From positions 1 through 63,911 of the forward strand of contig JBFMGO010000022.1 in assembly GCA_040752695.1 (NCBI GenBank): a stretch of DNA of 63,911 nt, read 5' to 3'. The translations under genes and the position numbers were made by a program. The notes under the pieces were generated by a model, which saw only the letters and a program-made list of their open reading frames with translations, made no database searches and was not told the origin of the DNA. Source of the DNA: a bacterium. Its GTDB lineage: Bacteria > SZUA-182 > DTGQ01. Positions 58,619 to 63,911 of the stretch are shown here, piece after piece (position 1 is the stretch's first letter; each line of letters starts with the position of its first letter).

Positions 58619-61447
58619 TTACCTGAAGCTTCTCATCAATGAATTGATAAAGCAACCATCGTCATCACCTTTATCGTTATCGGTGTTAGTCACTGACACA
58701 GATTTTGTCTTGCCTTGATAGTCTGTGTCATTAGAGGACGCGGTCAGATTAATTGTATAAGTAATATCACCATCATCACTCTTGTCATTGACTCCTTTTA
58801 CCGTTACGGTTTGTGCAGTATTCCAGTTTGCAGCAGTAAAGGTAAGGCTGGCAGGTGTTGCCGTCCCTTCGCCTGTATCAGAACTGCTCACAGCTATGGT
58901 TACCTCAGCAGTTGGCTCTGTAGCCAGTTTAACCGTGAAGGTATCTTCGTCGCCTGTTTCCGATGTTTCCAATCCGCTTTCTTGACTGACAATTATGCCT
59001 GCCCCACCAGTAGGTCCGTCATTATCCTCATTGATTACTGTCACATCGTTTGGATCTATAGCGGCGTATTTTGTATCGGTGGACGTTGGTGCTGTCAGGA
59101 TGATTTGATACTGGACATTACCATCATCTACGGTATCATCTACACCAGTTACCGTTACGGTTTGTGCAGTATTCCAGTTTGCAGCAGTAAAGATAAGGTT
59201 TTCTATCGCTACTGTCCCTTCGGTTTCATCAGAAGAATCTACTGGAATGGTGACTTCTGCCGTCGGCTCACTGTCTAACACTACGGTGAAAGTAGCTGTG
59301 CCTCCAGCTTCGGTGGTATTTCCACTGATCGCACTTACCGTTATACCTGCGGTATCGTCGTTGGTATTGGTCACGGCTACGTTATTTGGATCCATGCCAC
59401 TGTAATCTGTACCAGTGGTCACTACGGCTCCCAGGTCGATCGTGTAAGCTACATTACCATCATCAACGTTATCATCCTGTCCGGTTACGGTTACGGTTTG
59501 AGGAGTATCCCAGTCGGTGGTAGTGAATACAACCTTATTCGGATCTACTGTCCCCTCAGTCAGATCATTACTGGTCACTGGTATGGTGACAGTAGCATCC
59601 GGCTCGCTGTCTAACACTACGGTGAAAGTAGCCGTGCCTCCAGCTTCGGTGGTATTTCCACTGATCGCACTTACCGTTATATGCGGAGTATCGTCATCAT
59701 CGTTGATTACGTCTATGTCGTTCGGATCAAAGCCGCTATAATTTGGATCTGTGGACACTGCAGCTCCCAGGATGATCTTGTATGCTACAGAGCCATCCTG
59801 GTCAGCGTCATCGACACCGGTTACGGTTACTGTCTGGGCTACATTCCAGTCGGTAGTCGTAAATATAACCTTATTCGGATCTACTGTCCCCTCGCTGAGA
59901 TCGTTACTGCTCACTGGTATGGTGACAGTATCTGAAGGCAAGGTTTTTAATACAACCGTGAAGGTAGCTGTGCCTGCATTATGCTCTTTTGTATGCCCAC
60001 TGATTCCACTTACCGTTACGCCTATTTCATCATTGTCCGTATTGGTTACGTCTAAATTAACAGGACTGAGGCTGCTGTAATTTGTATCGTTGGAAACGGG
60101 AGTTCCTAAGGTAATGTGATAGCCTACATCACCATCAACTACATTGTCATCCTGACCAGTCACGGTTACGATTTGATTCTGATTCCAGTTTGTAGTAGTA
60201 AATTCAACTTTGTTCGGATCTACTGTCCCCTCCGTTGTATCATCACTGCTCACTGCTATCGTGACGGTATCCGTCGGTGCTGTTTTTAACGAAACCGTGA
60301 AGATAGCCGTAGTTCCGTCTTCGCTTGTATTTCCACTGATAGTACTTATGTTTAAACCTGGAATTTCGTTATCGGTGTTGGTCACGGTTACATCGTTAGG
60401 ATCAATTGCGGCGTATTTTGCATCATTAGACGTTGCTTGTGCCAGGATGATCGTATACGTTTTATCACCATCGTCATCAGTATCATCTTGTCCGGTTACG
60501 GTTACGGTTTGAGCAGTATTCCAGTTATCAACCGTAAATACTACTTTGTTCGGATCTACTGTCCCCTCGGTTGTATCATCACTGCTCACTGGTATCGTGA
60601 CAGTATTCGTTGGCTTGCTGTCCAATACGACCGTAAAAGTAGCTGTGTCTCCATCCTCTGTTGTAGATCCGGAGATTGTACCTACGGTAACCCCTGCATC
60701 GTCATCATCTATATTGGTAACGTCAACATCGTTGGGGTCCATGATACCGTATGCTGAATCAGTAGAATTCATACCGAGGATAATCTTGTATGATACATCA
60801 TCATCATCGACCTGATCGTCTTGACCTGTTACGGTTACCGTCTTGGCAGTATGCCAGTCGGTAGAAGTAAATTCAACTTTGTTAGGATCTACCGTCCCTT
60901 CGTCTTCATTATTACTGCTCACTGGTATCGTGACAGTTGCCGACGGAGCGCTCTTTAACTTAACCGTGAAGGTAGCAGTATTTCCCGTCTCGGTCGTATC
61001 TCCACTGATTGGACTTACTATGATATCCGGTGTATCGTCATCGATGTTGGTTACGGTTACATCGTTAGGGTCATAATTGTTGTAAGCAGTATCATTTGAC
61101 ACTGCCTGATAGAGAATAACCTGGTAGGTTACATCGCCATCCTGGTCAGCATCATCGACACCGGTTACGGTTAACGTTCTTGCGCTCCAATCACCAGGAG
61201 CAAATACAACACTGTTAGGATCTACCGTCCCTTCAGTTGGATCAGAACAGGTCACATTTATCGTAACCGTATCCGTTGGCTCCTGCGATAAGGTAACAGT
61301 AAATGTAGCTGTACCTGTCTGATATTCTTCGGTAGGTCCGCTGATTGCACTTACTGAAATACTTGCAGCCGTCGCGTAGCTTTGGAAACCTAAAAACAGA
61401 GCAAAAAAGAGAAAAAACCCTATGGTTACTACTTTTAATGACTTCAT
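58619..61447 (-). CDS. Secreted surface protein with 8 Calx-beta/Ig-like repeats and a C-terminal GCFI motif
   Basis: Signal peptide; 8 repeats of about 110 aa (T-x-E-x3-ATFTV-x-L...W-x3-QTVTVTG-x-DD-x3-DG); ends DDDGCFINSLMRSFR; SD GGAGG. Confidence 0.88.
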   Translation of the reverse strand: MKSLKVVTIGFFLFFALFLGFQSYATAASISVSAISGPTEEYQTGTATFTVTLSQEPTDTVTINVTCSDPTEGTVDPNSVVFAPGDWSARTLTVTGVDDADQDGDVTYQVILYQAVSNDTAYNNYDPNDVTVTNIDDDTPDIIVSPISGDTTETGNTATFTVKLKSAPSATVTIPVSSNNEDEGTVDPNKVEFTSTDWHTAKTVTVTGQDDQVDDDDVSYKIILGMNSTDSAYGIMDPNDVDVTNIDDDDAGVTVGTISGSTTEDGDTATFTVVLDSKPTNTVTIPVSSDDTTEGTVDPNKVVFTVDNWNTAQTVTVTGQDDTDDDGDKTYTIILAQATSNDAKYAAIDPNDVTVTNTDNEIPGLNISTISGNTSEDGTTAIFTVSLKTAPTDTVTIAVSSDDTTEGTVDPNKVEFTTTNWNQNQIVTVTGQDDNVVDGDVGYHITLGTPVSNDTNYSSLSPVNLDVTNTDNDEIGVTVSGISGHTKEHNAGTATFTVVLKTLPSDTVTIPVSSNDLSEGTVDPNKVIFTTTDWNVAQTVTVTGVDDADQDGSVAYKIILGAAVSTDPNYSGFDPNDIDVINDDDDTPHITVSAISGNTTEAGGTATFTVVLDSEPDATVTIPVTSNDLTEGTVDPNKVVFTTTDWDTPQTVTVTGQDDNVDDGNVAYTIDLGAVVTTGTDYSGMDPNNVAVTNTNDDTAGITVSAISGNTTEAGGTATFTVVLDSEPTAEVTIPVDSSDETEGTVAIENLIFTAANWNTAQTVTVTGVDDTVDDGNVQYQIILTAPTSTDTKYAAIDPNDVTVINEDNDGPTGGAGIIVSQESGLETSETGDEDTFTVKLATEPTAEVTIAVSSSDTGEGTATPASLTFTAANWNTAQTVTVKGVNDKSDDGDITYTINLTASSNDTDYQGKTKSVSVTNTDNDKGDDDGCFINSLMRSFR

Positions 61448-63911
61448 CCTTCTTTACCTCCAGTATTTATTAGATTATGCTTTATTGCCCCAAAATAAAA
61501 GCTCTTAACTTTTTTCAAAATGATAATTGTAATGGTTATCGTAATGAGTATCGTATCAAAAGCCAAAAGAATATCATTACATTAATTATTTATTACGAGT
61601 ACATGTTTTCCGCGCTGATGTCCGATAAATACTAGATCGAGCTCGTCTTACAAAAGTAAATTAGCAAAAATCTTATGTGCCGAATCTCGGATGATGATGT
61701 CTAATTTATTGTGTATACACTCCTTTCTAGGTATACTTTCTTATTACCTTAGCTATGGACATGTAAGAAGAGGTGGGGACAAGCATAAAGGAAAAGGATA
61801 AAACTCAAATCGAAAGGACTCCTGAATCAGAAACAAAACTTGTATCATTGTATCTTTCTTAGTAAGACGATCCTTGATAGACCATGAATGACTATTAGAT
61901 AATAACAAGCTCATATAACGTTGCTGATGTCACCGAATAAGAGTTAAGGAATTGAAAATAAGAATATGAACAAAACCGGTAAATTTTTATCTTTATTAAT
62001 AAAGATCAATAAAATTTATTAAATTTTACTTATATTATAGCCTACTAAATTAGGATAAATAGAATATATCTGCATGAAATGTGCCAATAAATAAGCTATT
62101 ATTAACTCATGTTAACTTAAGCAGATATCTTTAACTTTCAAGTAGATATTCTTATTAATTAATGGTAATACCCAGTAATATCAGATAATAGATAACCTGT
62201 TAAAAATGGCCTGCTATGAATAAATTTTCACACCGATTTGTTTTTATATGCTAACATTTTGTATAATAAGTAAAAATTTGTATAAATACAATGTGAAAAA
62301 AAATTCATTGTTATATAATTCTAATACTCTTTTATCTCGGCTCGCCAGTATATCGTTATACCGTATCGGAAGTCTCTCAGTAGTTTCCTATCCCATAGGG
62401 GGGAACATGAGGGGGGAGCTGTCTCAATTCCTCGTCACCACCTAGCCTTCGTTACAAGGGCAGGTTTTTCACATTCATTAAAAAATTTCAGTATCTTAAG
62501 CCATTCCTCACGAAAATTCTCCATCATTCAACACCATAACCATGAAAGAGAAAACAGACTCCAGCACCAAAAACCGCTATCGTCTTATCCTCTTGCCAGT
62601 TCGATTTTCGGAAAAACAGCATCAGGAAGGGAGCGCTTTGGATGTATACGATGACACAATGCTCTCTCTGCCTCACGCTTCTTATCGTCACGCTAACCTG
62701 ACAAATGCGGCATTAAAATACATTTTTTAGAATTAATATCACTCCCAATTCGGCGACTTGAAGATTCTAATAAACTAAAACACAGTTCCATATCCAGCGG
62801 ACACATCATCACGCTCAGATCTTTGATCTTTCCATTACATTTTGAATTTCAGTCTTTTTATTAGATTCAGCCTTGGGCCATCCCAAGGGCTCTTTACCGC
62901 AAAAGGGAACCATGCAAGATATTTTTCCTTGCGGGTCCACAGGATCTCCCTTGTGAGTACTTTACTTTTATCCAGCCGAGAGTATTACTCGCTGTATATG
63001 CGGTCCAGTAAAAATCAGCTCGTATGGTTATGTAAAATATGGGTGGGACTTTGCCCCACTGTTACCATCGTTTTGGCAGGGCTTCAAGCCCATGTCCGTC
63101 AGTTTATGGTGCAAGGCATTCATTTGAGAAAGTAGGCCATTTCAAGAAACAAAACGATAAGAAAATTCTCTTGATGTTCGCTGACTCGCTCTGTTCCGGT
63201 CAAGATTCACCTCTTCAAGATTCCACGTCGTTCGTACAAAGTGACAACCCACTGAGAAGAAGGTTCTTTCAAGTGCTTGATAAAACTGACAGCTATGGTA
63301 CAAAAGTCATGTCCTATACAATTTACATAGGAGCTACCACGAATCTAGCCAGGAAATTTTACCCAATGTGCAAGGTAAAATGAACAAACCTGATTTCAGT
63401 CAGCATCATTTATTACTACAATTTATAAACAGCTAATTCTAAACCAAAAATGTTAAATTGTCTACCATATTTTAGCGATTTTACACTAAAGTTTGTTACT
63501 AAATTGTAGATGATCATTTTGAAAGTATGATATCATTAATTCTGACAGACATACATTTCGTCGATCGTCTCTTTACTGCTCCTAATACTTGGGTTAATCC
63601 TATAGATAAGTGAATGTATTGTCAACTTCTTTTATCCCTGCCCACCTATATTTTTTTACTATTTTAAATAATGATCTGATTTAATTAACATTTTCTGCAA
63701 GTATAATTACAAGAAGGGAGAGTGTAAGGTGCCTTTTAAAAAGGAAGATGATTCTCTATGTGTTTTAAATCCCCATAGGAGTCTGTCCGATAACGAAAAA
63801 ATTTGGCAACATTTTATAAACGAAGACTAAAAACAATGCCTCGTCGGTACCAAGCCGGCACTAATCTTCGATTACTTCAAAATCGGCACCTAAAGAACGG
63901 GCTTTTTCAGG

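Noticed and set aside
62248..63383. Short + strand ORFs of 62-114 aa
   Set aside because: No convincing SD or motif; not supported as genes.

Overview
A 63.9-kb chromosomal window from a diderm bacterium. The lolCE-lolD-clpC-bamA order and a C-terminal GCFI sorting motif hint at a Desulfobacterota/Nitrospirota-like lineage (inference only). (1) 1-15.1 kb is housekeeping/envelope: yidD, pgsA, lnt, frameshifted prfB, lolC/E, lolD, clpC, bamA, skp, lpxD, an MBL hydrolase and uvrC. (2) 15.8-41.2 kb is a PfaA-like type I PKS cluster: ER*-ER-KS-AT-ACP-KR-DH and KS-AT-ACP-DH-PPTase*, then a free ACP, an AlkP phosphodiesterase, an alpha/beta hydrolase, a secreted beta-propeller protein and a DUF1080 protein. 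(3) 41.6-57.1 kb holds two convergent operons with six radical SAM enzymes (four B12-binding-type, one twitch/SPASM, one MJ0619/Tes-like), a GH3 amide ligase, three GNAT-like proteins, a C45 Ntn-hydrolase and a phosphatidylserine decarboxylase. I do not recognise this combination as a characterised pathway; it is the best candidate for a new lipid/amide-lipid biosynthetic system. (4) 57.1-63.9 kb holds a nested MITE/REP cluster, a TA-like gene pair, an 8-repeat Calx-like surface protein and an AT-rich non-coding end. Short periodic repeats (7-, 9-, 12-, 15-, 18-nt) occur between genes and in frame inside the biosynthetic genes. All calls are from motif reading by eye; no searches were run.
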